This document shows, piece by piece, positions 1 to 11,455 of a DNA stretch of 64,000 nt. The notes under the pieces are model-generated. The model worked only from the letters and a program-made list of their open reading frames with translations. It was not told the DNA's origin and did not search any database. The number at the start of each line of letters is the position of its first letter. Positions within the stretch are counted from its first letter, which is position 1. This DNA comes from Podarcis melisellensis (taxonomy: Eukaryota). The stretch lies in assembly GCA_964234715.1 (NCBI GenBank), contig OZ174282.1. One strand, written 5' to 3'. The translations under genes and the position numbers were made by a program.

Positions 1-1816
1 CCAAAATATCTGGAAGATGTCAGGTGTGCCAAAGGCTGCATTAGCTCCAGACCAACTGCCTGAATCCAAGACATTGTGGTGCTTGAAGGTCCAGCCTTTT
101 CCTAACAGAGATGTGAGATCTGGCTGATGCTGTCCTACAATCTGCTTCATATGCTTGCTGAACACACCATGATTGCCAACATTTGCCTTTATATTCCAGT
201 GTAAATGTATGACTTCTCAGCATTTGTAAGAGGATTATCCCTGAACATCCCCCATTTCCAAGCATTCTGCAGAGATTTAATGTCCTTAGTTTTCCTTTTG
301 AACTAATTTCCTTCTTACTGAAAAAAATCCATTTTCCAAAATCCATGCAACTACAATTAACTTAGTTGGCAAATCTCCAGTCACCTTCTTATGTATACAA
401 ATGTGAAACATCACCAACTAAATTAAACATAGTCCCATCTGGTTTCAAAAGAGGAATCCATATGCACACAAACACACTTGGTAACGTTGTGTTCTCGATC
501 AGTCAACAACATTTGTATCAGGGGCACAGGTCCTGGGGTTAATTATTAAAACCAGCATTAAGTTCCTGGTTGCTGCACTCTTGGAGGCTCCATGACCAGA
601 ACCTTTCTAAGGCACAGCAGCTTAGTAAACCTAGAACTTCAGGTAATTTACTGTTTTCCAAACATGTTTTTACTCTGTTGATGTGAATGTGGTTGAAATC
701 ATGCTCATTACAACACTCTTCCCACACTTCTTTCTCCATTTCCAGTTGATCCTCAGAGTTCTGGTCATGAAATTAGTTTTCATGTTTGGTATTATGACCA
801 ACAGGGATTGTGTGGAAGAGCTGGTTCCTCTTTCATTTTCTAGTTTTTTGGACTCTATGCCTTCTTTCTCATACAGAGAACAATCACGCCCTGTCCGGTT
901 TCTATAGAGGTTGTGAAGAACCAAATCTTCACAATCTTTTATTTTTTAAAAACCCTGTTTGTTTCCCTTGTCCTAGACCAAAGCCTCACACCATTTAAAA
1001 TATCTGCTCTTTGTTCTCTGGGGTGCTTGAGAAGTCCTCTGGTGGCTCAGCCAGATGCCCAGGCAAACGCCAAAGCTGCTTCAGAGGTTTTACTGTATAG
1101 CTTTTTCTTCCCCTTTCCTATGAAACTCAGATACTCTGTTTCTTCTGGAAGAGGAAGCTCGCTTTCATGTAATTCTGCTTGCTCTTCAGGGAACAACCAA
1201 TCTCAGAGGACAGTGGGAACAAGGAAGGTGACCTTTGATCTCTAAAGAAGAAGGCTGGTCAGCAGCATCTGCCTTGCCTCTAGTACAAGATGGCTTGTTT
1301 CTTAGCAGGCTAGGATGCAGTGCCAGTAGCTAGAGCATCCAGCCAGAGGTGCATTATGCATGCTCAGTTTGCTTTATGAACTTGGTTTCAGTTTCCCATC
1401 TTTCCCATAAATTTCTGATTCCCTTAGAAAAATTAACAGAAGCGTTTGTCTGTGGGAGTTGGGTCCACATTCCAGTGTACTTAGTTCCAACACAGTCTCC
1501 AGCCTTCTCAGGTGCTTCATATAAAGCATGAATGGCAGGGCTGCTGAGTACATGATCTCTCTCCTGGCCTGGGACCCTGGCAGACACCCAAACTCACCAC
1601 TTTCTGCAAAATTACTTTTCCTATTACTCATCACTTCTATCACACCCAGAAGAACATTCTCACTTTTTTAGCATCTTTCTATATTTAAAACTTGAAAACC
1701 AGGATAGCAGATTCTACATGAGATCGCAAACAAGACTAATGCAGGAAATATGCATCCCTCCACCTGTAACCTATCCCCAGCACATCATGAGCTGCTGTCA
1801 GCAGGAAGGACTGTAC

Positions 1817-1879
1817 CTTCAGAAGCCGGTCCAGGAGTTCAGATCCACTTTTGACATTTGGGTCTGGATCTGCAGCAAG
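1817..1879 (-). CDS. VAC14: VAC14 exon 4
   Basis: ttcctag|[21 protein letters not shown]|gtacag (63 nt; not in the ORF track). Confidence 0.95.
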
Positions 1880-4512
1880 CTAGGAAAAACAGAGAGAGTA
1901 TGTGGTGTGGCTGAGCCGTGTGCATAAGACACTAGTAGTGACTTGACCAGGAGACAACTATTTTCTGTTGGCTATTGACTCCCAGCAATGGGGCAGGGAC
2001 ACCACCTCCTGTCTGACAATAAACTGAGCTCCAGAAATGCCCAGAAAGTGTGCAAAGCCAGAGGCAAGCCCCCACCCACAGGTGCACACCACCATCCGAG
2101 CTATGGTTGCCATGAGCGATCTGGAAAGCACATTCATGGACCCCTGGACCAGACTCTCCGCCAGGTTCCCAGAGCTCTTCTGCAGACATGTTAGTATTAG
2201 GAGGATGAACTGGAGTGAAGGAAACAATGTAGGAGGAACATTTTCCTCTAGGGGATGCTTATGGAGATCCTCAGTGCCATATCTCAGCCCCAGTTGTCCA
2301 GAATCAGCACCCACACCTCCAAAGAGCCCCAGAGCAGGAATATACAGGACATCAGAGACCTTACATGTGTGAGACATTATTGGCCTGTCAAGAAAACTCA
2401 TTACCTTGCTCAAGCCATCAAACAGCACTTTGAAGTGGGGGAGTACAGAGCCTCTGGCCACCTTCACAATGTTGTACAGGGCCTCACAGGCGTAGTACCG
2501 CAAGCGGCTGTCAGCATCATTGAAGCATGTCAGCACAGGCTCAATGAGCTCCTTCAAGTACAGCCCAGAGTCCTGCAAATCAAAACACAAGGATTAAGGG
2601 GGGGAGCCATGGACTTAAGCAGTGGCTACACCAGAGTGGAGCCCCTGCTTTCTTGCAAGTGCACCGGGGTGGGGGTGGGGGCTTGGAATAGGGCCAGCAA
2701 ACCTGGCTAAGAACAGAATGCCCGGGCACTGACTATAGCTGGAGTCACCAACATCATGCTTGTGGGCAACACAGATTCCTCAGGCACACAGGTGCTAAAG
2801 TCTCCATCACTTGTCCATTTTTTAAAAATGAGATGGGAGAGAGTTGTTGTGGAGAGTTGTGTTCTGTGAAATGAACATTTGTTGGTCCCACAACAGTTTC
2901 TTAAGTTTCCAAATGTGTCCTCAAATCCAGAAAATATGGGCACCCCAAACCTAGAGCAAAAGCTCCTTACTATGCAGCAAAGGCAAGAAAGTCCATTTTA
3001 AACAGTGAGAGGAGATGGGCCAGAATTCAGCCTCTTTTCAGGAATGTAGGAAGAGCCGTCACTCTGCTAACAAGAAGTCCCATCTCCCTTGCCTTTTCTG
3101 GCCACTGATGGGAGGGAAGGGAACCTGTCCCCTTCTGACAATGCCAAAACATCCAAAGGTGGCTCAAAACCTGGAGTTCCTTATTAGCCAAGTAATGTGT
3201 GAATAAGCCTAAATTTTGCCAGGGAAAATGGAAGGAAATTGGTCAAAGGCAGCTGGAAGTAGCACACAGCTTGACTAAATACTTCCCTACATATGAAGAT
3301 GTTACTTGGAGATATTTCTTAACATTGCACCAAATCAGCATTAGAGCTTAATTATTCATAAAACTTTTTTTTGGAGATTGTGATAAATAATTTTGTAACT
3401 AATTTGGAATCCATTTTTTAGATTTCCAAAGTCATCCATCACAGAATGTCTTCCTCCTCTGGAACAAATGTGAGGTTAGAACAGATAGCCTGTCTCCCTT
3501 CTAACAGAGGACAAGGGCTCATGTCCTCCTATGGGGTGAAAGAAACAGCAACACCACCTACCTTCCCAAGAGCAATGGAGCAGGCTGCCAGGCCAATAAG
3601 CCCCCCTTTTCGACTATGTGGGTGCTGGGAAAGTGCAAACTCCTGAGAAAGAATCTGAATCACATGCTTGATCTGAGCTGTGCTGTTTTGAGCCACAAAT
3701 TCACGCACCAGCCTAAAAACAGGAGAATAAGAAGGCTGTATCATGTCTCACCAGGTCCATGTCTGGCTCCAGTTTAACATGAGGAATATATTTCTTTTAA
3801 TTTAGCTGGGCATTAGCAACCTTGTTTGCCTACAAATGAATCCTCTATGAACAAATGAAACAGAGCCAGAAAACTAGTTCACCTTGCCCAGTTTTGCCCA
3901 CTCAAGCTGCCAAGTAGCTTTGCAAGGTGCGTGCAGGGAGAAAGGCTTGGTTTTCTCTGTGGCTGGATAAGGCTCCTCCACCATACGAACAGCAGCCTAC
4001 CTCTGTGTCACCTATTTCAGGGCTTGATCTCTATGCCTGGTATGTAGTGAGAGCGGAGAAATACAGGATTGAGAGAAGAGGTGCAACTTCCTCAGAGCTG
4101 CTGTTTGTAGATCCCGCTCTAAAGCAGCACTCCCGCCCCTGCTCAGGCCTGCTCCACGACAAGGATGAGGCCCTTCGGTGACAGGAGCAGGAGCAGCCAA
4201 CGGACCAGCCCTTCAGCAAGGGGAGGTGGGCGCTGAGGAAAGGGCTTTGGCTCAGCGGCTGAAGGCCCGCCAATGGCACCTCAAGGCAGGGCGGGGAAAG
4301 ACCCTGCCGGGCACTACTAATGCGGCTGCTGCCGCCAGTGCGGTGCGAGAAGGGTCCCCTCAGCGGCCCAAGAGCGTGAATGGAAGGCAGCCCGCCCCCC
4401 TCGCTCACTTCTCGATTTCCAGCGCCGCCACCTTCCGCTTCTCGTAGAGTTTGTCGTTCAGGGCCCGCACGATGCTCGGCGTCAGCGGAGAGAAGTCCTT
4501 CTCCGGGTTCAT
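1817..4512 (-). CDS. VAC14: VAC14 (scaffold of the PIKfyve-FIG4 PI(3,5)P2 complex), coding exons 1-4; gene continues beyond position 1
   Basis: Spliced translation [44 protein letters not shown]...[45 protein letters not shown]...[24 protein letters not shown] is the recognisable VAC14 N-terminus; exons of 104/151/168/63 nt with GT-AG introns and matching phases. Confidence 0.97.
2405..2572 (-). CDS. VAC14: VAC14 exon 3
   Basis: ttgcag|[17 protein letters not shown]...LFDGLSK|gtaatg. Confidence 0.96.
3562..3712 (-). CDS. VAC14: VAC14 exon 2
   Basis: tttag|[51 protein letters not shown]|gtaggt. Confidence 0.96.
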
Positions 4513-5110
4513 CGTGCCGGTCGTCCCGCCTTGCCCCGGCCTCAAGGAAGGAAGGAAGGAAGGAGGGGAGAAAGGGACGAGCGGCTCCCGAGCGCAGGAG
4601 CAGGTGGGCGGGAGGGAGGCACTGGCGCTGCTGTAGCGGAGGAGGCGCTTCCCCGCCTCTCTCTCCGGCTACCAGGCGGCGGCCATCTTGGTCCAGTCAC
4701 GTGAGATATCAGGTGCTTCCTGCTTTCCCCCCTTCCCGGCGGTCTCACGTGACAAATTCCCCCGAGCCGCTTTTCTTCGTTCATGCGGTCCTCGAACCTG
4801 CTCCTGCGCGTCGCGAGCGATCAAGGCGCAGTCAGGGTGGCGCAGTCCACCTTGAAGCTCGGGGATGCTTGATGGGGCTTCTCGCCCAGCGCCTTCGAGC
4901 GACGCCTCATCCGGATCGGCAGACGCCCCTCTGGGGCTGTGGAGCGGAATCGCCCAGCTCCAAGGGCCAGCAGCTCTCGCAGGTGGCCTGACCTAGTATA
5001 AATCACTTTCCTGCCTTTCTGGGCTGCCTCCAACTCAGTGCTGCTCATAGACCCACTGATACAGATGGCTTAAGTTAGTCGCCTTCATTTATGTCCGCGG
5101 GTCTCGTAGA
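4200..5110. promoter_or_regulatory. CpG-island promoter / 5' UTR of VAC14 with a YY1 motif (4678-4691), two CLEAR-like E-boxes (4696-4706, 4743-4753) and an ETS-like GCTTCCTG (about 4715)
   Basis: Strongest CpG-dense, GC-rich segment of the window; it spans VAC14 exon 1; motifs read directly. Confidence 0.85.
4409..4512 (-). CDS. VAC14: VAC14 exon 1 (coding part)
   Basis: ATG at 4512; [34 protein letters not shown](K); donor AA|gtgagc. Confidence 0.96.
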
Positions 5111-6102
5111 CCCAGGATTTTCCTCACTCTACTAAACTAATTGCCTTCAACAGTTTGACACTCGAATCCCACCTTTCGTCCAAACAGACATTTGGGGACC
5201 CCTTTAAAATTCTGGCAAATAATGCCGCTGTCCTAACCCTCTGTTGCAGAGCATTGCTGTAAAGGAGGGGTGGCGAACCTGCAGCCATCCAGCTGAGGAG
5301 ACTTGGGAGTCCCAACAACTTCTGGAAAGTGCCGACATTAGCCTGCTTAAAGCATTTCAATTTGAAGGAACTTAAATGATGGCATGTTGAGTGAGAAACA
5401 GTCAAAACCATACTTATCCCCCATGTCCCTAAGTTTCATTTGAAAGACTGGCAGCACAACCCCCTCTACCTGTTTATTTAAATGAAAGCCTGGCACTAGG
5501 ACAACTGTGAGCAGTGACAGAGATTGTGCTGCTCAATTAGGAATCAGCCACTTGTGGAAATGGCTCACTTTTCTCTATTTGGCCCTAGTATGTTGTCAGA
5601 GCCAACACTGGGGGAGGGCAGTTCTGAAGAGAGGCATGCTGGCAGATAGCACCTTCTTGGAAAGCATCTGGGTCATAAGCAAGGAGGCCCTGGTCTCCAT
5701 CACTATTACCAAGAGAAGTCCTGTTATCCCCTCTGGAGTCAAATATTTCACTGGATATTTTGTCCATGCCCTTATATATTTCTCTGCAGCCAGAAGTTCC
5801 AGAAACAGATTATCAGGATGCCAGCTGTCCCTCTCAGCCTAACCTGCACATTTGCACAGCTGAGTCTACAGACAGGTATGTGACATTATGCACAACCCTG
5901 ATGTCACAGGTCTTGGTTGTTCTGCCTCTCCCACTTTCTACCATGGAGGGAACTGACAGCTGATTATTGCCATCCAAATCATCTAACTGTTTCCAGGTAA
6001 CCTGAGCAGACATTAAGCTTTTGGTCTGGCTCTCCCCAACCAGATCCCAGAATCCTACCTGCAGCCTTGTCCTGACAAACTTTCAAGCGGTTTCTTGTTT
6101 TG

Positions 6103-6118
6103 TTTAATAACCTTTATT
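6103..6118 (-). terminator. Probable HYDIN polyadenylation signals (AATAAA 6118-6113, ATTAAA 6108-6103)
   Basis: Canonical hexamers about 480 nt downstream of the HYDIN stop on the minus strand. Confidence 0.6.
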
Positions 6119-6591
6119 CCAAAATAAAATCTTATGTAACAAGACATTCTTATGAATACAAGGCAGAAGCTCATTTTGCACATTTCCAGGTGATGTTTTA
6201 TGCTGCTGCATTAACTTATTCAGCAGATTGAACACTGGAGGAATGTTAAGGGAGGAAGGACATTCCTGGTATGGTGTGTGCTGTCCTCCTTACACAAGGA
6301 GACACTTGGTTTGTTCTGACAGAAATCTTGCATGTTGGAAGCCCTGTATAACACACCCTGCTGTCCTCCGTGCCTGCCGCAAGGACAATCACAGAGGGCT
6401 TTCCTCCCCTCTCCTTCCAAAAGGTACAGAGGCATTGCCAACTTTCCCTTCTCCTAAGAAAAGCAAGGAAGATGCTTGACACAGGGGCTCAAATACCAAA
6501 AAGCAAGACAATGCGCTGACCGTCTAGCTCTCTCTCCCTCCTTATGGCAATGCTTAAATGAAACAAGACAACACAGTGGCTCTCCACAGTT

Positions 6592-7080
6592 TCATTTCTC
6601 AGGTGTGATACCCTTTAGATAATAAACCCAGGAGACGCCTGAGCCCAGCCCAGCTGCACGAGGACAAGAGACAACCAGCTTGCTGGTGACAGCGGCTTTG
6701 GTGCCGCTTGGGTTCCCTTCAAAGGAAACTAGGATGGTAGCTGATTTCTTAGCCTTAATTGTCTCAGTGGCCTTCACAGTGAAGGCAGAATTCTCCACAA
6801 TGTAGGAGAAAGCCATGGGATGCAGGAAGACATTCTTAAAGGGAATGGATGTGCTGGTGCCAGCCCTGATCTGAATAGGCCCCTGTGGTTTAGGAGGGAT
6901 TGATGTGCCACTGAGAGGGATGACGTAGTCGCCTCCTATGGCTGAGGAAAGGACAAGTGTTCCCTTGCATTCACCCAACTGGCAAGGCTCAAAGATTACT
7001 TCCACGCTGACCTCAGTGCCTCCTAGAGATCCTGCGGGTGCATTGATGACTTTATCCACGTGGAAGTCAGGGCAGTCAAG
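6592..7080 (-). CDS. HYDIN: HYDIN terminal coding exon (1st from 3' end)
   Basis: ccag|LDCPDFHVDKVINAPAG...YYLKGITPEK* (TGA at 6594-6592). Confidence 0.94.
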   Translation of the reverse strand, partial: LDCPDFHVDKVINAPAGSLGGTEVSVEVIFEPCQLGECKGTLVLSSAIGGDYVIPLSGTSIPPKPQGPIQIRAGTSTSIPFKNVFLHPMAFSYIVENSAFTVKATETIKAKKSATILVSFEGNPSGTKAAVTSKLVVSCPRAAGLGSGVSWVYYLKGITPEK

Positions 7081-10000
7081 CTGGAAAGAGAGAAATCACA
7101 GTCTGGTTGGTCTGGTGGCTGCAGTTGTACCACAGAGCAGATAAACGTAACATTTTCTTATTGACTCAAGTCTTGTCCAGAGGGTCAGAACAAACTCCAG
7201 TAAAACAGAACAAACAAACTGGGTTGCATTACTGTTGTGCTCAGGCTCAATTACTGCTTCCTCTCCCTGGCAAAACTCCTCCTGCAATGCCTTTGTCCTT
7301 TGGAGCAATGAAGCAATCAGCCACCAACCCCAGACAGAAGAGCACAACCCACTGTACTAGTGTGTTCTGAAAACAAGGAGTCTCCCTGGAGAGAGGAGGG
7401 AGGGATAGAGGCGGGGGTAGGTCCCATGCATTTCACCCTGGCAGCCTTTGAAAACTAACACAGGCATTGTAAGGCAGATCTCCTTTTACCCAGAATCCTT
7501 CCTTGTGAGAAGAATCCCAACTTGGGCACAGAAGGAAACAATCTGGAGCCTGGCAGCAGCTATTTTTATTTATAATATCCTGGAGGATGAGATATTTGTC
7601 AGAACCCAAAAGGTGAGTAGGTTCTCCACAGTAGTTTGGCCTAAATGACACAGCCTGAAGTGTAGGATGGACTCTCAAAAGTGATGAGGCTTCATGTGCA
7701 ACAGCAGGAAAGGCAGCAATGTACCACACCAGGTGGGCAGCTAGGCTTTCCGCCATTTTTTCTTTCAAGACCAGAGGCCTCTTGCTTTCTCAGTTGCAAA
7801 TTTGCACTGCACTGCATTGTCACGTCCACCCTTGCCTTCGTGCTGCCTCAAACTTTTTCCACTTCCTCTGCAATTTTCATTTGCCTGGCAGCAAGGGAAA
7901 GACTGATAGAACTCCTTGCATCTTCTGCAAAGAAAAGTCAAAGTTTCCTCATGGAGAACTCCTCACCTCATCCCAGTCACACACATAAACAACCATTTGA
8001 CTGCTCAAGTCAGCCTGGGTTAAACCTATTGAGCAGGGAGAGGGACCCACAACCAGCTAGCACAGATTTCAGCTGTGTCAGAGCCAAAGTCCAGATAAAT
8101 TTAACAGCCCTTCCCTACCCTTGCCATTGTCTGCTGGGAGTGGGTGGCACACGCAACAGAAGGGTCACAGCTCAGGAAAGCAGAGCAAATGCTTTGCAAA
8201 GAGTCAAAGAGACTTGGGAATCTCACTTCAAACCCCGACTCAGCTAGTGTCGCTACCTCTCACAAGTAGGATTGTTGGGATGGGATGGGAAAGAACTGTG
8301 TATGCTACCTTGAGGTGTTTGGAGAAAGGCAGGGTATAAACATCATAAAGTAAGATATGCACATGGTCCCTGCTTCTGTCCCAGGCTGGGAAATACCTTT
8401 CTCTGCCTGCAAAAGCAGATGTTAACAGGTCTGACTCAGCAGAAAGCAGCTCCAGAGGGATGTTCACATGCTTTCCAGCTAGTTGGGAAGAGAAGCTTGT
8501 TGGCACTGTGGCCAAGATGGGGTGGGAGGAAGCATTTTGCTTCTGCAGGGCCTGTAGCAAGAGCTACAATGCCACAAAGGTGTGGCAGTATCATAAGCTA
8601 GTGGAGTGGGATGATGGGAAAGTTGATTTGCCTACAAGCAAATGCTACTGTGGGTGAAAGCTCTGTGTCTGTCAACTTGGACCAGAAGTGGCATCACAGC
8701 AACTGGAATCACCTTGGTGGTGTACTCGGTCTTCTGACGGGTGTAGTTGACAAACTTGGCGAAGACGATCTGGCTGCTGCCCAGCATGGCGCAGAAGGAG
8801 AGGGCTTTCTCTGGCCGGGCTGGGGTGGCTTTCAGGATCAAGTCGTACTGGAAGGAGCCCAGCTCATTGCTGTAGAGGGACAGGCGCCCAGTAACTTCTC
8901 CAGGCCTCATTGGTTGGAACTCAAATACAAGCACCCCCTGAGAAAAGAGGGGAGGAGGCAGAACAAGCAACTGGTCAAGAAGTGGAGGGGGATTTGACAG
9001 TCACTGACTGACTGGCTCCACCCAACTCCCTTTCTCTGCAAGAATGAATGTTCAGCATCCATGGCCAACACTGGGCAGCAGCAGAGAAGGGAGAGCATGT
9101 GGAAGAGCAGAAGGGGCAAATTCTGGCAGGTTCAAGAGCAGGGTTGGGACAGAGGCACCACAGCCAGTGGGTCAACCTAGAGACAGTTGAGCAGCAGGCA
9201 AGCTGATGAGGGTGGCAGGCTGGGAGGGCAGCATGGAAGGCAGGCAAGGAATGGGCAAGAGAATAGGCAGGCATAGAGAGCTAGAGAGTTAATATGGCAT
9301 AGTGGTTAAAAGTGTCAGACTAGGACCTGGGAGAGAGCAGGTCTCCCCACTTGGCCATGAAACTCACTGAGTGGCCTTGGGCCACTCACAGTCTCTCAGT
9401 CTAAGATACCTCAAATAGTTATTGTGGGGATTAAATGAGGGAGAGAACCATCCTAGGCTCCTTGGAGGGTAAGGTGATAACAGAGAAATCACATCTCTAG
9501 AGGCCAAAATATTCCCATTTTCAGTTGCGCTGGGTCACTTTCTGTTCTACAGAACAGTATGGACTGTTGAACAATGCTAGTAAATCCCTTTTGACAATCT
9601 AGCCAGTGACAGCCAGACCAATGCCAAAGGTCCTGGCTGCCTGATGACTCTGGGAGGGGCAGGGGACAGGAGGCCATTCCACACCTTGGAGGTGTTGGAA
9701 GCAGCAGCAGCAGCAGCAGTGACATTTCCCTTCCTGTGAGGAGCTTGTTTTCATCTGACAGTAACTCGTGAATTACCTCCCCTTCCTTATATTGCTGCTT
9801 TCAAAATGTGAAAAGAAAGTCAACCAGTCCTTCCTGCAGGCAGAATGCACACATGGGGAAGGAGGGAGCATCTCCACAGGAGAACGCCGGAGGGAAGGTG
9901 AAAGGGTTTTTTAGAGGCTCCATAAGGAGACAGTGGGAGGAAAAAGAGGGTGTGTGAGGGAGCAGGAGAGAAATGGAAAAAGAGAAAGAAGTCCTGGATT

Positions 10001-11412
10001 CCTCAGTGAAGAAGGACGTATGAGGGTGAGAGATTTGTGCCAGCTTCCTTCAGCAACTTAAGGGTAGGACTAAAGTTATCCCAGGGATTGTATCAGGTCT
10101 GAGCCAGGCTCCAGGCCAGACTGCAGCAGGTGGGAAATCCAGATTTACTATTATAATTATAATTATATTATTATATTTATATACAAAGTGGAACCAAAAC
10201 ATTTTAGGGAAAGGAAAAAATCACCCAGATGTAGTTCTGCTGACTGCCGAATGACAGCAGAGCCGTCTTGGCCATTGCTAGGTGAGGCAGTTGCAAGACC
10301 AGGCTCTTGGCCACTTCAAAGGCAAATTCATACCTCCGACTGAGCTGGGACAATGAACTGGGGGGGAATGTTGATGTCTGGCACTTTGCAGTCAGTGTTG
10401 AAGGTCACTGGGACATGGAGAGGGTTTTCAACCTTCACAGAAGATGAGGTGCTTTGCCGCACGGGGGTCATCAGCTCAATGGTGCCAAGTGGGCCACATG
10501 GGATGACCTTAAAAGTCACCAAATAGAACAGGAACTCCTGAGTCGTTTCATTGCGGAAGGTCACCTGCAGAGGTAAGGAAGTGTCAAGGTCAGGAGCTGC
10601 CATGGTGGTGGCTCCATTGCAGGATGGAAATCCATTCAGGTCAGCTTTATCTCGCCCACCTTTTGCCAAAACACTGCGCAAAACTGAGCACCCTTGCTTT
10701 TCCCAGAAGCACTGAGCATTCAGACTGCTTAGTGCAGGGCAACTGAACTAGTGTTGGAGCTCAGCATCACTGAAACTATGATGAATTGCAGTTCTTGCCT
10801 GCAGTGGCTGGGCTGCTCTCAGAAAAGGAGAAATGCAAAACGGTCAGGTGACTGGAAAGGATGGCAATGAATTCTCAGCCTACACAAGACAGCAGATGTA
10901 GAGCCTGAGGGGAAATGATTCCAAAGCATTTGATATTGGAAACTTTTTCCTTTTCAGCTGTGCACCAGGGATAACCAATGTGGTACCCTCTAGATGTTTT
11001 GGACCACAACACTCATCAGCCCTAGACAGCAAAGCCAGCAGTCAGAGATACTGGAAGCTACAGCTGTTTGGCACTGTTTGGGAGGAAGGGCAGGGTATAA
11101 ATGTAATAAATAAAACAATAAATGGTCCACAACACCTGGGGGCACCCTCACTGCGAGAAGCCAAGTTACAGGGAACCAGGCAGAGGGCCTTCTCGGTAGT
11201 AGCACCCGCCCTGTGGAATGCCCTCCCACCAGATGTCAAAGAGAACAACAACTACCAGACTTTCAGAAGACATCTGAAGGCAGCCCTGTTTAGGGAAGCT
11301 TTTAATGTTTGATGCATTACTCTATTTTGGTATTTTGTTGGAAGCCGCCCAGAGTGGCTGGTGGCTGGGGGGGCCCGGCCAGATGGGTGGGGTATAAGAA
11401 ATAATAATAATA

Positions 11413-11455
<43 letters not shown>

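Noticed and set aside
1958-2404. Extension of the 210-aa ORF beyond VAC14 exon 3
   Set aside because: VAC14 similarity stops at the canonical donor (2404); the rest is intron read-through
4380-4991. 203-aa plus-strand ORF
   Set aside because: Stop-poor GC-rich CpG island antisense to VAC14 exon 1; low-complexity R/S/P translation with no recognisable domain
7681-8247. 188-aa plus-strand ORF in the last HYDIN intron
   Set aside because: Non-ATG start, runs into a SINE, no recognisable domain or convincing exon structure
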